Positions 47,288 through 57,444 of a stretch of 64,000 nt of DNA are shown in pieces; within the stretch, counting starts at the first letter, position 1; the number at the start of each line of letters is the position of its first letter. Source of the stretch: an uncultured Armatimonadetes bacterium (lineage in GTDB: Bacteria > Armatimonadota > UBA5829 > DTJY01); NCBI GenBank assembly GCA_963717145.1, contig OY970325.1, forward strand, positions 2,880,001 to 2,944,000, read 5' to 3'. Under the pieces are notes generated by a model that searched no databases, had not been told where the DNA came from, and worked only from the letters and a program-made list of their open reading frames with translations. The position numbers and the translations under genes are program-made.

Positions 47288-49439
47288 ACGCGCCGGGCCT
47301 CCTTGCCTCCGAACCCGGCGGCTCGGGGTATTCGATACGCGCGTGCAGCATGCTGGTCAACGTGCGCACAAACGACTCGGTGATTCGGCTGACATCCTTG
47401 AAAGTCAACTCGGACTCGTCCAACTGGCCGTCCGACAGCTTCTCTTCTATGATCTTGAGCACCATGTCCTTGATGCTGCCGATGTTCGGCTTCACCAGAG
47501 TCCTGGACGCAGCCTCGACCGCGTCGGCGAGCATGAGCAAGGCGCCTTCCTTAGTATGAGGCTTGGCGCCTTCGTACCTGAACTGCTGCTGGAGGACCGT
47601 GGACCCGCTTCCGGTTTCCTCTTCGGCCTTCTGGTAGAAGTATCTGACCAGACTGGTGCCGTGATGTTGGCCCATGAGTTCGCAGACCGCCGGCGGGAGC
47701 TTGTACTCGACCGCAAGCTCGAGCCCGTCCTTGATGTGCGACCTGATCACCAACGCACTCAACGAGGGATTCAGCCTGTCATGCACGTTCTCGACGAACT
47801 GGTTCTCGACAAAAAAGTGCGGGCGCTTCATCTTGCCCACGTCATGATAGAGCGAGGCAACACGGACCAGCAATGGGTCCGCGCCGATCACTTCGGCGGC
47901 CCTCGACGCTATATTACCTACGAATACACTGTGGCTATACGTTCCCGGCGCTTCCATGAGTAGGCGCTTCAGAATCGGGTTGTTTGTGTCCAGAAGCTCC
48001 AACAGGCGGATGTGCGTCGTGATTCCGAATGGCTTTTCAAGAGCAGTCGTGCCCGCCGCCAGGATACCGATGGAGATCATGCCGCCAACGACCGCCCACG
48101 TGGAGCCGAGCACGAGGTCCGGCATCGAATCTCCGCTGATGCGCCCGATGAGCCAGACCATCGCAAGGTTGGTAACGCACACGAACCCGGCCGCCCTCAT
48201 CAGGTCCCAGCGATGCCGAATGTCCGATACCGCGTATATCGCGACCACGCTGCTGAAGATCGCAGCCGCCACGAACCGAAGCTCGTGGTTCATCGCCATG
48301 CCCGAAATCGAAGCCAGGAAGGCCACGACCAGGACAGCGACCGACGGGTTGATCAGGATCGCGGTAAGCATGGCGGCGGTCGCGACCCAGATCATCATGA
48401 AGCAGCCGTACTGCACCTCGCTCAGGCTCAGTCCCAGCGCCCCGACGAGCTTGAGGCCCAGGGCGCTGAATACCACTATGATCGAGAGCAGCAGCATCAT
48501 CTTCGTCGACCGGTAGATGCCCTGATAGTACCGCGACATGAAGGCCAGCGTGAAGATTACGATGCTGATGACGAGAAGACTGATGCTGAGCAGACTCAGG
48601 TAGTCCACATGTGGCTGCCTGAGTCCGAGGGCCATGAATTTGTCGATGTGCTCGGGCGTGACTCGCTCGCCACGATCGATTATCACCTCGCCGAGGAATA
48701 CCTGACGGTACCTGGGCTGAACGGCCTGGCGCTCCCGGTCCCGGGCTACTTTGGTGCGCTCAGGATCGTACAGGCGATTCGGTCGAATAACACCATTCGC
48801 GACGCTCGAAGCGGTTGACACCAGGATACGGCTGGTGAAGAAGTTCCCCGCGCGCCGCTTGAACTCGTCCCTGGACAACTGCACATCATCGGTGTCGTCC
48901 CGGATCTCGCGGTCGGTGATCTCGCCGACCACTCGTTCTGTGTACGACTCGATCTGAGCCAACGTTGCGGAATCGGCGGTGATAAGTGTTCGCAGTGACT
49001 CGTCCGGGAGGTCGGATCTGAGGTTGCGGCGGACCCAGTCAACCTTCGAGCCGACGGATCCGAGCGTAGCGTCAATCCGAGCGCGTCGAAGAATGTCGAA
49101 TATGTTCGATGCGGACTCGACGGCGATGGTGGACGCTCTCGGCACGACGTTGTAGACCTTGTCGGCAGTGGCCGCTGCTTCATCTTGAAGGCGTTGCGTT
49201 TCCACCGAATCGATATAGCGGACGGTGCGGTATGCGCGTATCTGCTCGGGACTGACATCGCCGACCTGGAGCGAGACTCTGTCAGGGAGTAGGTGCATGG
49301 AGAAGAGAACCGACAGCAATACGGCTGTGGCTATGCCCAGCGCTATGCGGACGCCTTTTGCCTCACGTCGCGCCGGCTTCTTCTTTTCGGGGTCTTTTCT
49401 TCGGAGGCCCGCCAAGGCGGACAGTTTGAAGATTGTCAT
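47202..49439 (-). CDS. 7TM-HD phosphohydrolase (PgpH/YqfF-like c-di-AMP phosphodiesterase family)
   Basis: Extracellular domain, TM bundle, APGTYSHS, YHDVGK, ENQ, HHGT..YFY, MLADAVEAA, RIEYP. Confidence 0.9.
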   Translation of the reverse strand: MTIFKLSALAGLRRKDPEKKKPARREAKGVRIALGIATAVLLSVLFSMHLLPDRVSLQVGDVSPEQIRAYRTVRYIDSVETQRLQDEAAATADKVYNVVPRASTIAVESASNIFDILRRARIDATLGSVGSKVDWVRRNLRSDLPDESLRTLITADSATLAQIESYTERVVGEITDREIRDDTDDVQLSRDEFKRRAGNFFTSRILVSTASSVANGVIRPNRLYDPERTKVARDRERQAVQPRYRQVFLGEVIIDRGERVTPEHIDKFMALGLRQPHVDYLSLLSISLLVISIVIFTLAFMSRYYQGIYRSTKMMLLLSIIVVFSALGLKLVGALGLSLSEVQYGCFMMIWVATAAMLTAILINPSVAVLVVAFLASISGMAMNHELRFVAAAIFSSVVAIYAVSDIRHRWDLMRAAGFVCVTNLAMVWLIGRISGDSMPDLVLGSTWAVVGGMISIGILAAGTTALEKPFGITTHIRLLELLDTNNPILKRLLMEAPGTYSHSVFVGNIASRAAEVIGADPLLVRVASLYHDVGKMKRPHFFVENQFVENVHDRLNPSLSALVIRSHIKDGLELAVEYKLPPAVCELMGQHHGTSLVRYFYQKAEEETGSGSTVLQQQFRYEGAKPHTKEGALLMLADAVEAASRTLVKPNIGSIKDMVLKIIEEKLSDGQLDESELTFKDVSRITESFVRTLTSMLHARIEYPEPPGSEARRPGAYGNTDKESSVAAGESGKADQGRERAVAG

Positions 49440-49440
49440 G

Positions 49441-49896
49441 TCATACGGAGCTGCCCTCGAGCATCCGGTCAACTATCCCGCTGATCAGTCTGCCGTCTGC
49501 TCGACCACGGACTCTCGGCATAAGAGCGGACATAACCTTGCCCTTATCCGCCTTGGAAGTGGCCTGCAACTCCGAGATCACCTCTTGGACAATGCCGGTG
49601 ACCTCAGCTTCACTCATCTGTTGAGGAAGGTAATCCGCGAGGATTCTGAGTTCGGCCGACTCCTTTTCCACAAGGTCGGCCCTGCCGGCTTTTTCGAATT
49701 GCTCGATGGACTCGCGACGTTTCTTGCCCTCTCGGGTAAGGACTTCCAATGATTCCTCGTCCGTGATGGCATGACCCTTGGCGATCTCCGTGTTCCGAAA
49801 CTCCGAAATTGCGAGCCGGATCACGGAGACCTTGAGGGTATCACCCGTCTTCATTGCGGATTTCAAGTCTTCCGACAATCGTTCGCGCAGTGACAT
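49441..49896 (-). CDS. yqeY: GatB/YqeY domain protein
   Basis: DLKSAMK, KKRRESIEQF..GRADL..YLPQQ, GKVM..GRADG. Confidence 0.93.
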   Translation of the reverse strand: MSLRERLSEDLKSAMKTGDTLKVSVIRLAISEFRNTEIAKGHAITDEESLEVLTREGKKRRESIEQFEKAGRADLVEKESAELRILADYLPQQMSEAEVTGIVQEVISELQATSKADKGKVMSALMPRVRGRADGRLISGIVDRMLEGSSV

Positions 49897-49932
49897 GGTG
49901 TTCGTCGCCCTGGTCCTGAACTTGATTCAGGA

Positions 49933-50124
49933 CTAGTTCCTGGGACTGTTCCTGCTCATTTTTCGCTTGCGAGCATTCTCGGCCTTGCGCTTCTTATCGC
50001 TCGGCTTCTCGTAGTGCTCGTGAGCACGCGCTTCCTTTAGAATGCCAGCCTGCTGAAGCTCCTTCTTAAAGCGCTTCAACGCGCTGTCAATCGATTCGTT
50101 TTGTCGAAGCTGGACCTGCGCCAA
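49933..50124 (-). CDS. rpsU: 30S ribosomal protein bS21
   Basis: [23 protein letters not shown]. Confidence 0.95.
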   Translation of the reverse strand: MAQVQLRQNESIDSALKRFKKELQQAGILKEARAHEHYEKPSDKKRKAENARKRKMSRNSPRN

Positions 50125-50237
50125 CTATTTCCCCCCTCTACGGTTGCATCTATATGAAGGCGAATGACGAACAATAGGCTACAACAAAAGCTTGTAGCGC
50201 CGCGGCCCCGCCCGACATTTGCTTTCAGTCTGGCAAC

Positions 50238-50266
50238 ATTATACCCGCGAATCGGAGATATGTCAA
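50238..50266 (-). promoter_or_regulatory. Consensus sigma70 promoter of the rpsU operon (TTGACA-17-TATAAT)
   Basis: Minus strand reads ttgaca tatctccgattcgcggg tataat. Confidence 0.85.
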
Positions 50267-50296
50267 GGTCACCCGCATGCCGGGCCGACAAGCCTC

Positions 50297-51511
50297 CTAC
50301 ACACCGTCCGGCTGCTGGGCCTGAATCTGCTTCCAGAGCGAGGCCGCGAACGGCATCATCTGCCCGCGAGGAAACCTCTTCTGGAGTTCCGCCAGACATG
50401 CGCGCGCCGAATCCTTGTGCTTGTAGGCGGTCCAATAACAGTATGCCATCCGATAAAGCGCATTCTCGGCTTCCATGTCGGTCGGCCTCGTCTCCGCGAT
50501 CGACTTGTATACGTTGATCGCCTTGTCGTGGTTTCCCAACCGCTCGAACTGCCCGGCCAGTCGCAGCAGATGGACCGGCTGATAGATGCTGCTGTCGCCA
50601 TGAAGGTCCATCAGGTAGCTGTACACCACGTACGGGTCCTTCAGAATGAGCGACGGACCCATCCGCGCAATGGCATCGACGGCCACGTGCTGCTGGCCCT
50701 GTCGGATGGCCGGTCCGATGATTGCCCGCAGTACATCTACATTATCGGGTTCTGCCTCCAACATCCTCTCAAGTGCATAGAAAGGCATATTGTCGAGGTC
50801 CTTGGTATCGGCCTGGACGGCCTTCGCTTCGGAGAGTGACTCCGTATCGCGCTTGACGTGCAACAGCCAGGCGATGAGAAGACCGCCCACGCCGGCCCCG
50901 ACATGCGCAAAGCTTGCCACTCCACCGCTCGCGTGGGATGCGCCGCTCATCAATCCGTCCCACAGGTCGAGGGCCAGATACGCGCCGATCACCCAGAGCG
51001 CCGCCACCTCCCAGACGCCCGTCCATATTCTGATCAACCAGATGAAGTAGAACACGCAGACCGTGCTCCACGGGAACGCATAGAGATACGCCCCGGCGAC
51101 CCCGAAGATGCAGGCCGATGCTCCGATCACGGGCTGGTTCGCCCCGAGGAATGCCACATCCAGCAGCGCCTGAGTCATATCACCCATGACGCCGGTCGCG
51201 AAGTAGACGAGCAGGAACTTCGGGATCCCGAGCCGATCCTCGACCGCCGGCCCGAAGATCCACAGAAACCACATGTTGCCGAGCAGGTGGAATATGTCAG
51301 CGTGCAGGAAAGCCGAAGTCAATACCGTATAGATCGGCGTCTTCCAGAGTTGGAAGGCATAGCCCTTCACGATCTCCTCACGGATCCACAGGAAGTACTC
51401 CGTCGTGAGTGCATAGATGATGACATTGAGGGCGATGAGACTGAGGGTCACGACCGGGAAACGTTTCGGCGGGTTCTTCACGCGGTATGGGAAAAACATC
51501 TGTTCCTCCAT
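50297..51511 (-). CDS. Rhomboid intramembrane protease with C-terminal TPR region
   Basis: FLHADIFHLLGNM, EDRLG, GASAC (GxSx), AHVG; TPR-like helices at the C-terminus. Confidence 0.88.
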   Translation of the reverse strand: MEEQMFFPYRVKNPPKRFPVVTLSLIALNVIIYALTTEYFLWIREEIVKGYAFQLWKTPIYTVLTSAFLHADIFHLLGNMWFLWIFGPAVEDRLGIPKFLLVYFATGVMGDMTQALLDVAFLGANQPVIGASACIFGVAGAYLYAFPWSTVCVFYFIWLIRIWTGVWEVAALWVIGAYLALDLWDGLMSGASHASGGVASFAHVGAGVGGLLIAWLLHVKRDTESLSEAKAVQADTKDLDNMPFYALERMLEAEPDNVDVLRAIIGPAIRQGQQHVAVDAIARMGPSLILKDPYVVYSYLMDLHGDSSIYQPVHLLRLAGQFERLGNHDKAINVYKSIAETRPTDMEAENALYRMAYCYWTAYKHKDSARACLAELQKRFPRGQMMPFAASLWKQIQAQQPDGV

Positions 51512-51605
51512 CCGACGATGTCAGGGATTCTGCCGGGCGCACGGTCTGCCGGCGTTACCTGAGTTGCTTTCGACGTGCCATACCTGGATATCCTGCAAGG
51601 GCGAC

Positions 51606-52496
51606 TCAATCGAGAGCGACGGTCCACCGCGCCTTGTAGATATGCTCCCCGGCGAGTTGAATCGTGCCGGCCGGGTTGAGCAGATGGATCTTGTCCGACC
51701 ACCAGTTGGGACCCTCGGCCCGGACGTATGCCAACTGCCCGGTCTCCGTGTTGAGACTCAGGCTCTTGATGTTGTATATCCTCGGAAGGAGATCGTGCGG
51801 CTTGATCTCATGAGACACCGTATCGAAGAGGTAGCAGTGTCCCCACCCGCTGACCGAGAGCATCGATGTGCCGGCGATGGGATAGAGATCATGCCCGCCA
51901 CCCTCGGGGAGGGGATACGTGCCGGAGAGTTCGAGGACAGGCGATTTCGAGTACCACGCCCTGAGCCGGTAGGACCTGATCTCCTTGTCGCCGAGTGCCC
52001 AGAGCGTGTGGCGGACCCGGTCATAAACGACTCCATGTGCGAATGGAAGATCGGCGGTGCAGGCGATCTTGTCGGGGAATTTGTCATCGAGCACCACGAG
52101 CTTGTTGCCGGGGGTCGAGGCGGCGACGACAATCCGACGGTTCGGCAGGATATCCGCCGAGTGCGCATATCGAACGACCGCCGACAACCTCACCTTGCCT
52201 GACGGGCGGTCGACGAGCGCCACTCCGCCACCCGAGCAGGCGATGAGGATCTGATGGCCACCGCGGACTGGCTTGCACTCGGCAGTGTTGTAGAAGCGCT
52301 TCCGGGCATCCTCGGGGATCTCTGGGTGATCGGCAGCTTTCCAGGTCCAGAGCTTCTTCGGCGGCGAATCGGGCGAGGCGGCGCCGACGATGTAGACCTC
52401 GTTCCCGCCGCAGACGATCAGCTCCGAGGCTCTGGCATGTGCGATGCCTGCTGTGAACATGAGGCAGAAGAGTATGGTGGTAGTTCTACAGGTCAT
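51606..52496 (-). CDS. Secreted beta-propeller-like hypothetical protein (DUF6528-like)
   Basis: Signal peptide; ECKPV, AHSADILP, AHGVVYD, GHDLYP, YKARW. Confidence 0.6.
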   Translation of the reverse strand: MTCRTTTILFCLMFTAGIAHARASELIVCGGNEVYIVGAASPDSPPKKLWTWKAADHPEIPEDARKRFYNTAECKPVRGGHQILIACSGGGVALVDRPSGKVRLSAVVRYAHSADILPNRRIVVAASTPGNKLVVLDDKFPDKIACTADLPFAHGVVYDRVRHTLWALGDKEIRSYRLRAWYSKSPVLELSGTYPLPEGGGHDLYPIAGTSMLSVSGWGHCYLFDTVSHEIKPHDLLPRIYNIKSLSLNTETGQLAYVRAEGPNWWSDKIHLLNPAGTIQLAGEHIYKARWTVALD

Positions 52497-52506
52497 GGCT
52501 TTTTGC

Positions 52507-53235
52507 TCAACAACGACTGAGCAGGTATATCACGAAAAGCGGCACGCGAAGGTTGTCATCGAGTGCCGGGAACTGCGCCAATCCCTCGGGCGAAGGAACC
52601 GGCTCGCGTATGCCGTCCAGCCGGAAGCCTGCCTCCAGGAAGGAGTTGATATACGCTGAGAGAGTATGGTGGTAGTTGACCAGAGTGCCCCACATAGGGC
52701 GCGCGCCGCCCTCATCGAGATAATTGTCGAGGTAGAAATGGAGCTTGTTCCCCTGGCCGTCCTTGACCCAGCAGTTGCCGGCGGTGGCCATCGGCGCGAG
52801 ATTGGCGATGACAAACCGCCCGCCGGGACGGAGCACTCGATGCGCCTCCCGGACGACCGGCCGGAAGTCGGGCACATCGATCAGCGTGAGGTAGGAGATC
52901 GCCAGGTCGAACGAAGCATCTTGGAACCGGCTGAGGTCGCTCATGTCGCCGAGGAGGTAGGTCTCGCCGCCGACCCGGTGGGCCTCCGCGTACTCGATGA
53001 ACCGAGGGATGAAGTCGATCCCGGTCACATCCGCACCTCGCTCGGTAAGCATCCGGCAGAACCGTCCCTCGCCGCATCCGAGGTCGATCACCCGCAGGCC
53101 GGAGACATCCCCGATGGCATCGAGCATCCACGGATCGAGCAGGCCATCGCGGTGCGGGTCCTTTCGCTCGTTGACCAAGCGGATCCAATCGTCCGCAAAG
53201 GCGTTCCAGCCCGCTTGGCACATGTCTTCCGTCAT
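52507..53235 (-). CDS. Class I SAM-dependent methyltransferase
   Basis: IDLGCGEG, DASFD, RVLRPGGRF; GGAGG before ATG 53235. Confidence 0.9.
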   Translation of the reverse strand: MTEDMCQAGWNAFADDWIRLVNERKDPHRDGLLDPWMLDAIGDVSGLRVIDLGCGEGRFCRMLTERGADVTGIDFIPRFIEYAEAHRVGGETYLLGDMSDLSRFQDASFDLAISYLTLIDVPDFRPVVREAHRVLRPGGRFVIANLAPMATAGNCWVKDGQGNKLHFYLDNYLDEGGARPMWGTLVNYHHTLSAYINSFLEAGFRLDGIREPVPSPEGLAQFPALDDNLRVPLFVIYLLSRC

Positions 53236-53329
53236 CTCAGCCTCCATGTCTGTGTGATGATTGTAGGAGTCCTGAGCAGGGATTGTCAAGACTGCGGCAT
53301 GGTGGTAGACTTGCTGGTGGTGACCGGTG

Positions 53330-53611
53330 ATGCCCGAGTTCATAGGCGAGAAGATCGAGGTCGAGAAGAGCGAGAGATCGCCGACGCCGGTGAGCTTCAC
53401 CTGGCGCGGCGAGACATATCAGGTCGCCGAGGTGCTGGAGGAGTGGGTCGATACCGGCTACGGCACGGCTCGCGAAAAGAGCCGGAAGTGGTTCACCCGC
53501 CGGCACCGCAGGTACTACGTCGTCCGCTGCACCACGGGTGAGACCTTCGAGATGTACCTCGACTACGCGGACCGGAGCAAACCCCAGTGGTGGCTCGTGG
53601 AAAAACGCTAG
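53330..53611 (+). CDS. Small conserved hypothetical protein (DUF6504-like)
   Basis: PVSFTWRGETYQVAEVLEEW..RRYYVVR..FEMYLD..WWL. Confidence 0.7.
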   Translation: MPEFIGEKIEVEKSERSPTPVSFTWRGETYQVAEVLEEWVDTGYGTAREKSRKWFTRRHRRYYVVRCTTGETFEMYLDYADRSKPQWWLVEKR

Positions 53612-53820
53612 CCGTTCGTTGCCCGTGATTCGCGCTTCAATCTCCGACGCCTGATCAGCCAGCGGATGCCGGTCACGATGTCGAATATAAGGATAGGTAG
53701 CCACAGCCACCAGCCGATCAAAGCTCCGACAACCAGCGCAACGAGACCCCCAATCGCGATGAGGAACGATCCCGCAATCCCGAATGCTATTCCCTTCAGC
53801 ACTCCTTGAGGTTCGGACAT
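53608..53820 (-). CDS. Small membrane protein
   Basis: 70 aa with a long hydrophobic stretch; CAGGAG SD before the ATG. Confidence 0.55.
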   Translation of the reverse strand: MSEPQGVLKGIAFGIAGSFLIAIGGLVALVVGALIGWWLWLPILIFDIVTGIRWLIRRRRLKRESRATNG

Positions 53821-53906
53821 CTCCTGCCAGCCTAACCAATACGGCGTTTCGGACAGTCGAGAACATCATTCGACAGCGAGGATCATCCACCTCTTTCGGC
53901 GGGAGA

Positions 53907-54815
53907 TCAGGGCGACTTCCAAATCGTGACGTTGTCCTTGTCCGAAGTGCGGACGTACGGTACGCCATCATCGCCGATCAGCATGCTCGCGGCCGGATTC
54001 CCGTTCTCGTGAGCGATGGCCAATGTCGGATCGGTGCCATAGAGCAGCAGGCCGATCTGCGTCTTGCTCTGATCGTTCTGGAGCAACAGCGACAGATCGG
54101 TATCAGCAGTGAACCCCAGGAATGCGGCCATATTGCTTTGTTGAGATTCCAGTATGAGATTCGGCTGCTCCCCACCAGTCGATATCTGTGCGAGTATCTT
54201 CCCATCGGCATTTGTCATCTGCAGGAGCGGCGCACCACCCTCCATCAGCGAATAAGATGCGCGTGCCTTTCCGGCCGTATCCCAGAGACTCAACATGGGA
54301 AGCGATCCCTCGACGTGGAGAGCCAACTTCGCTCCGTCCTCCTTGCCGTCGTTGAGGATGAAGAACGGCTCATCCTCCAGAGTCAGCAACGTACCACGCT
54401 CCCCCCCGGTCGAGTCCCGCACGGTGACCAACGGGTTATCTTCGGAATCGACGCGCACATCGGCCCGAATCGTGCCCTTGGAGTCGAACACGGCGATTCC
54501 ATAGTCACCCTCAACTGTCCCGGCCGTGACTCTCGCGTTCCCCGCGGCGTCGAGCACCTTGATCTCGCCGTTCGAGCCGACGAGCACCTTCGGTTTGCCC
54601 TCCTTGTCAAGGAGCTTCAACAGTGTTGTGCCGTCGTCTGATACGCCGAGCCAGGCCCGGGTCTTCCCGGCGGGGTCGGTCAGTTCGAACGTCTGCGCCC
54701 GGACGACCTTCGGGATCGTCGGTGCAGGCGTCGGTTTCGCGGCTGGTGGTTTGGTTGCCGCGAAAGATGAACTCGTTAGGAGCGTTATGCATAGAAGGCA
54801 TCTGAAGCGCAACAT
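53907..54815 (-). CDS. Secreted hypothetical protein with tandem beta-hairpin repeats
   Basis: Signal peptide, Pro-rich linker, and repeated ~22-aa units of the form LxLxDxxGKxRAxL. Confidence 0.7.
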   Translation of the reverse strand: MLRFRCLLCITLLTSSSFAATKPPAAKPTPAPTIPKVVRAQTFELTDPAGKTRAWLGVSDDGTTLLKLLDKEGKPKVLVGSNGEIKVLDAAGNARVTAGTVEGDYGIAVFDSKGTIRADVRVDSEDNPLVTVRDSTGGERGTLLTLEDEPFFILNDGKEDGAKLALHVEGSLPMLSLWDTAGKARASYSLMEGGAPLLQMTNADGKILAQISTGGEQPNLILESQQSNMAAFLGFTADTDLSLLLQNDQSKTQIGLLLYGTDPTLAIAHENGNPAASMLIGDDGVPYVRTSDKDNVTIWKSP

Positions 54816-54871
54816 GGCGTCCTCCAAAAACTTTGATTTGCTCACCACTCATCATCGGAGAAAATGAGGAA

Positions 54872-56080
54872 ATGCTGGAGCGCGAGGGCTGGTCCCTACA
54901 GATGAGGGGCGTTCCTTCCGAAGAATTCTATATCGACCGATCCAGCAGTCCTGCGAAGGAGACGAAAGTGCTATTCCCCCCGAAGAAACGAACGGATACC
55001 AATCCTGATAAGTCCGCAGAACTCCTTGGCGAACAGAATCGCTGGTTCTGTTCGTCCGCCAGAACACTGTTATTCCTGCTGAAGGCGTTCGCGCTCGATG
55101 TGAGCGACCTGGATGTCGAGGCGTTCAAGAAGCGCATCGACAAGCTGGTCGGTCTGGTGGAAAAGGGTGAGGCCGCAAAGGACTGGAACCGCGCGCTCGA
55201 GTCCGACAATTCTTTCCTGCTGAGCCAGATCGACCGGCAGAAGAAATACCTGGAGGCGCGGGATGCGGAACTCAAGGGAGTCATCGAGTTCATGCACAAC
55301 AGCCTGATGGGGGTGATCGGTGAGGGCAATGAATTCACCGGTAAGGTGCACGAGAGCACCCTGCGGATGGAGCAGATCGCCGGCCTCGATGACATCAGGC
55401 GGATCAAGGATGGGTTGAAGTCCGAGATGAGCCAGATGCGCCAGGCCGTTCTGGAGAAGGAACAGCAGGATGCCCGTAGGATGGAGTCGCTCTCCAGGGA
55501 GATCGGCCACCTCCGATCCGACCTGGAGCAGGCGCATCAGGCGTCGATGACGGACCAGTTGACGGGCGCGAGCAATCGGCTGGCCTTCGACGGCTACATC
55601 GCGCGCTCGGTGGAGCGATACGTCCTGTCGGGGACGAGGTTCTCGCTGCTGATGTGCGATCTCGACGATTTCAAGATGATCAACGACTCCTACGGCCACA
55701 AGGAAGGCGACTGCGTGCTGAAGGCGTTCGTCCAGGAATGCCGGGCGCTGCTCGATGGCGAGGATGTTCTCGCGCGGTACGGCGGGGAGGAATTCACCCT
55801 GCTTCTCCCGGGCGCATCGCTGGGCAAGGCGTTGAAGAAGGCGCAGAAGATATGCTCGAAGATCGCATCGAATCGCTACCTGACGGAGACTCAGGGGACG
55901 AGTTGCGTGCTCGCGTTCACGACGAGCATCGGGGTAGCTGAGGTCCGACCGAACGACACGGTTGGGGCACTGCTGGAGCGCGCGGACCAGGCGCTCTACA
56001 TGGCCAAGCGCACCGGCAAGAACCGCGCGGTCTCCGAGCGCGACCTCCCCACCGACGAAACGGTCCAGAAGGCGGCATAG
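54872..56080 (+). CDS. Diguanylate cyclase (coiled-coil N-terminus + GGEEF)
   Basis: DQLTG..NR, DLDDFKMINDSYGHKEGD, RYGGEEF, RADQALYMAKRTGKN. Start uncertain. Confidence 0.92.
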   Translation: MLEREGWSLQMRGVPSEEFYIDRSSSPAKETKVLFPPKKRTDTNPDKSAELLGEQNRWFCSSARTLLFLLKAFALDVSDLDVEAFKKRIDKLVGLVEKGEAAKDWNRALESDNSFLLSQIDRQKKYLEARDAELKGVIEFMHNSLMGVIGEGNEFTGKVHESTLRMEQIAGLDDIRRIKDGLKSEMSQMRQAVLEKEQQDARRMESLSREIGHLRSDLEQAHQASMTDQLTGASNRLAFDGYIARSVERYVLSGTRFSLLMCDLDDFKMINDSYGHKEGDCVLKAFVQECRALLDGEDVLARYGGEEFTLLLPGASLGKALKKAQKICSKIASNRYLTETQGTSCVLAFTTSIGVAEVRPNDTVGALLERADQALYMAKRTGKNRAVSERDLPTDETVQKAA

Positions 56081-56100
56081 CAGAGCCTGACCAAAAAGAC

Positions 56101-57255
56101 TCACTTGCTCCAATGGCGTTCGATGCGTCCAGGCCCTGACCTGGCTAGATCGCCCAACCGGTTCGGCCCTCGGTAGATGCTGCGGCAGATCCGCTTCGCA
56201 GGCTGTGCATGCTGCGACAGCGCGGCCGCTCCAACCCCGGCCCCGAACCCAACCCATCCCTTCAAGACCAAGTCAGTCAGCACACCAACACCCATCGACA
56301 CTGCCATCTCAAGCCATCTCTCCACATGCTTGGGGTGGACTCTGACGTCAGCCTTCGCTGCTGAGTCGACCGCGGACGCAAGGGCAACGCCATCGTATTC
56401 CTTTGGCGACAGGTCGATCATCTGTGCCTGCGCTAACTGGCGCAATTTCAGAGTATTCTCTGCCCAACACGCGATGCGGCACTCCAAAGTCCTCTCCGCA
56501 AGAGCCCCGGATATGGCTATGCTCGAGAGGTACCACTCCACGTTCGAGACTTCGAACGCCTTCCCTGGGCGGGACTCAAGTCTGGGCAGCACACTATCTC
56601 GGAGACGATGATGGACAATCTGATGAATCGATCTGTTCGCAAGGGAATCGTGGTATCGCCCACGTATCAGAGTTGATACAAGGAAGGCATCTCGCATGAT
56701 TCTAAACGCGTCATTCTCAGGCTGACTGCTGACATACCAGTGAAGCTGCTTCATATCTGAACTCAACTGGCATATCTCTTCCAGCTCGGCGACGCAGACC
56801 CCCATGACCGATGATATCTGCGTGATGAACTCGCGGTCGAACAAGCCACCCATTCTGGCAGAATGCTCCATCCACGCGCAACGTATGGCGTTATCCATCC
56901 AGTTGGGGAAGCTGATCTCTTCCGCTTTGATCTTCTCAAGAACAGTTCGTATCATCGGGTATCGACGATTCGCCCATTGCTTGGTACTCCGCAACGCCCA
57001 TCTTTGGTCTTCCACACTGGGCGTAACACGAACAATGGACCCCGACAGTGCCCGGAGCAGCTGCTCGTAGGTTCCTGATGCCGGGCCTTCCTTGCTTGGA
57101 GCCGACGCTAATCCCAGGCTGTGCGTGCTGATCAGCGCACACGTTACTTCCACGGCGGTGCACCACGCCCAGGGATCGCATGCTGATGTCTGATCACTCC
57201 TCAGCGCCCGCATTACCTCATCCATGGATGCACCGTCAATCCACCCTTCGCTCAT
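56101..57255 (-). CDS. Hypothetical protein (384 aa), lower GC, Gly-rich hydrophobic C-terminal hairpin
   Basis: Long ORF with GGAGG SD; more A/T-ending codons than the flanking genes. Confidence 0.7.
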   Translation of the reverse strand: MSEGWIDGASMDEVMRALRSDQTSACDPWAWCTAVEVTCALISTHSLGLASAPSKEGPASGTYEQLLRALSGSIVRVTPSVEDQRWALRSTKQWANRRYPMIRTVLEKIKAEEISFPNWMDNAIRCAWMEHSARMGGLFDREFITQISSVMGVCVAELEEICQLSSDMKQLHWYVSSQPENDAFRIMRDAFLVSTLIRGRYHDSLANRSIHQIVHHRLRDSVLPRLESRPGKAFEVSNVEWYLSSIAISGALAERTLECRIACWAENTLKLRQLAQAQMIDLSPKEYDGVALASAVDSAAKADVRVHPKHVERWLEMAVSMGVGVLTDLVLKGWVGFGAGVGAAALSQHAQPAKRICRSIYRGPNRLGDLARSGPGRIERHWSK

Positions 57256-57444
57256 GGTTCATCCTCCGTCTAAGAGCATCTGGGCCAACACGACACGTTG
57301 TACTGAGCGCGGCGAATGATGCCACCAACCGGCATGCTGTGGCACCCTAGTACTCACATTCCCCGCTTCTCCTGATCTCATATCGGAACTACACCGATGA
57401 GTAGGGTTGGAGGCATCTGCCGGCTCTCCACCCACCAAGCATCG

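Noticed and set aside
50125..50237. rpsU 5' leader as a riboswitch or ncRNA
   Set aside because: It contains a small hairpin (gctacaa..ttgtagc), but nothing I can match to a known RNA family.
53815..57440. Possible integron attC sites (GTTAGGC before the 70-aa gene; GTTGGCC before the 384-aa gene)
   Set aside because: I found no matching RYYYAAC inverse core or convincing attC hairpin, and no integrase.
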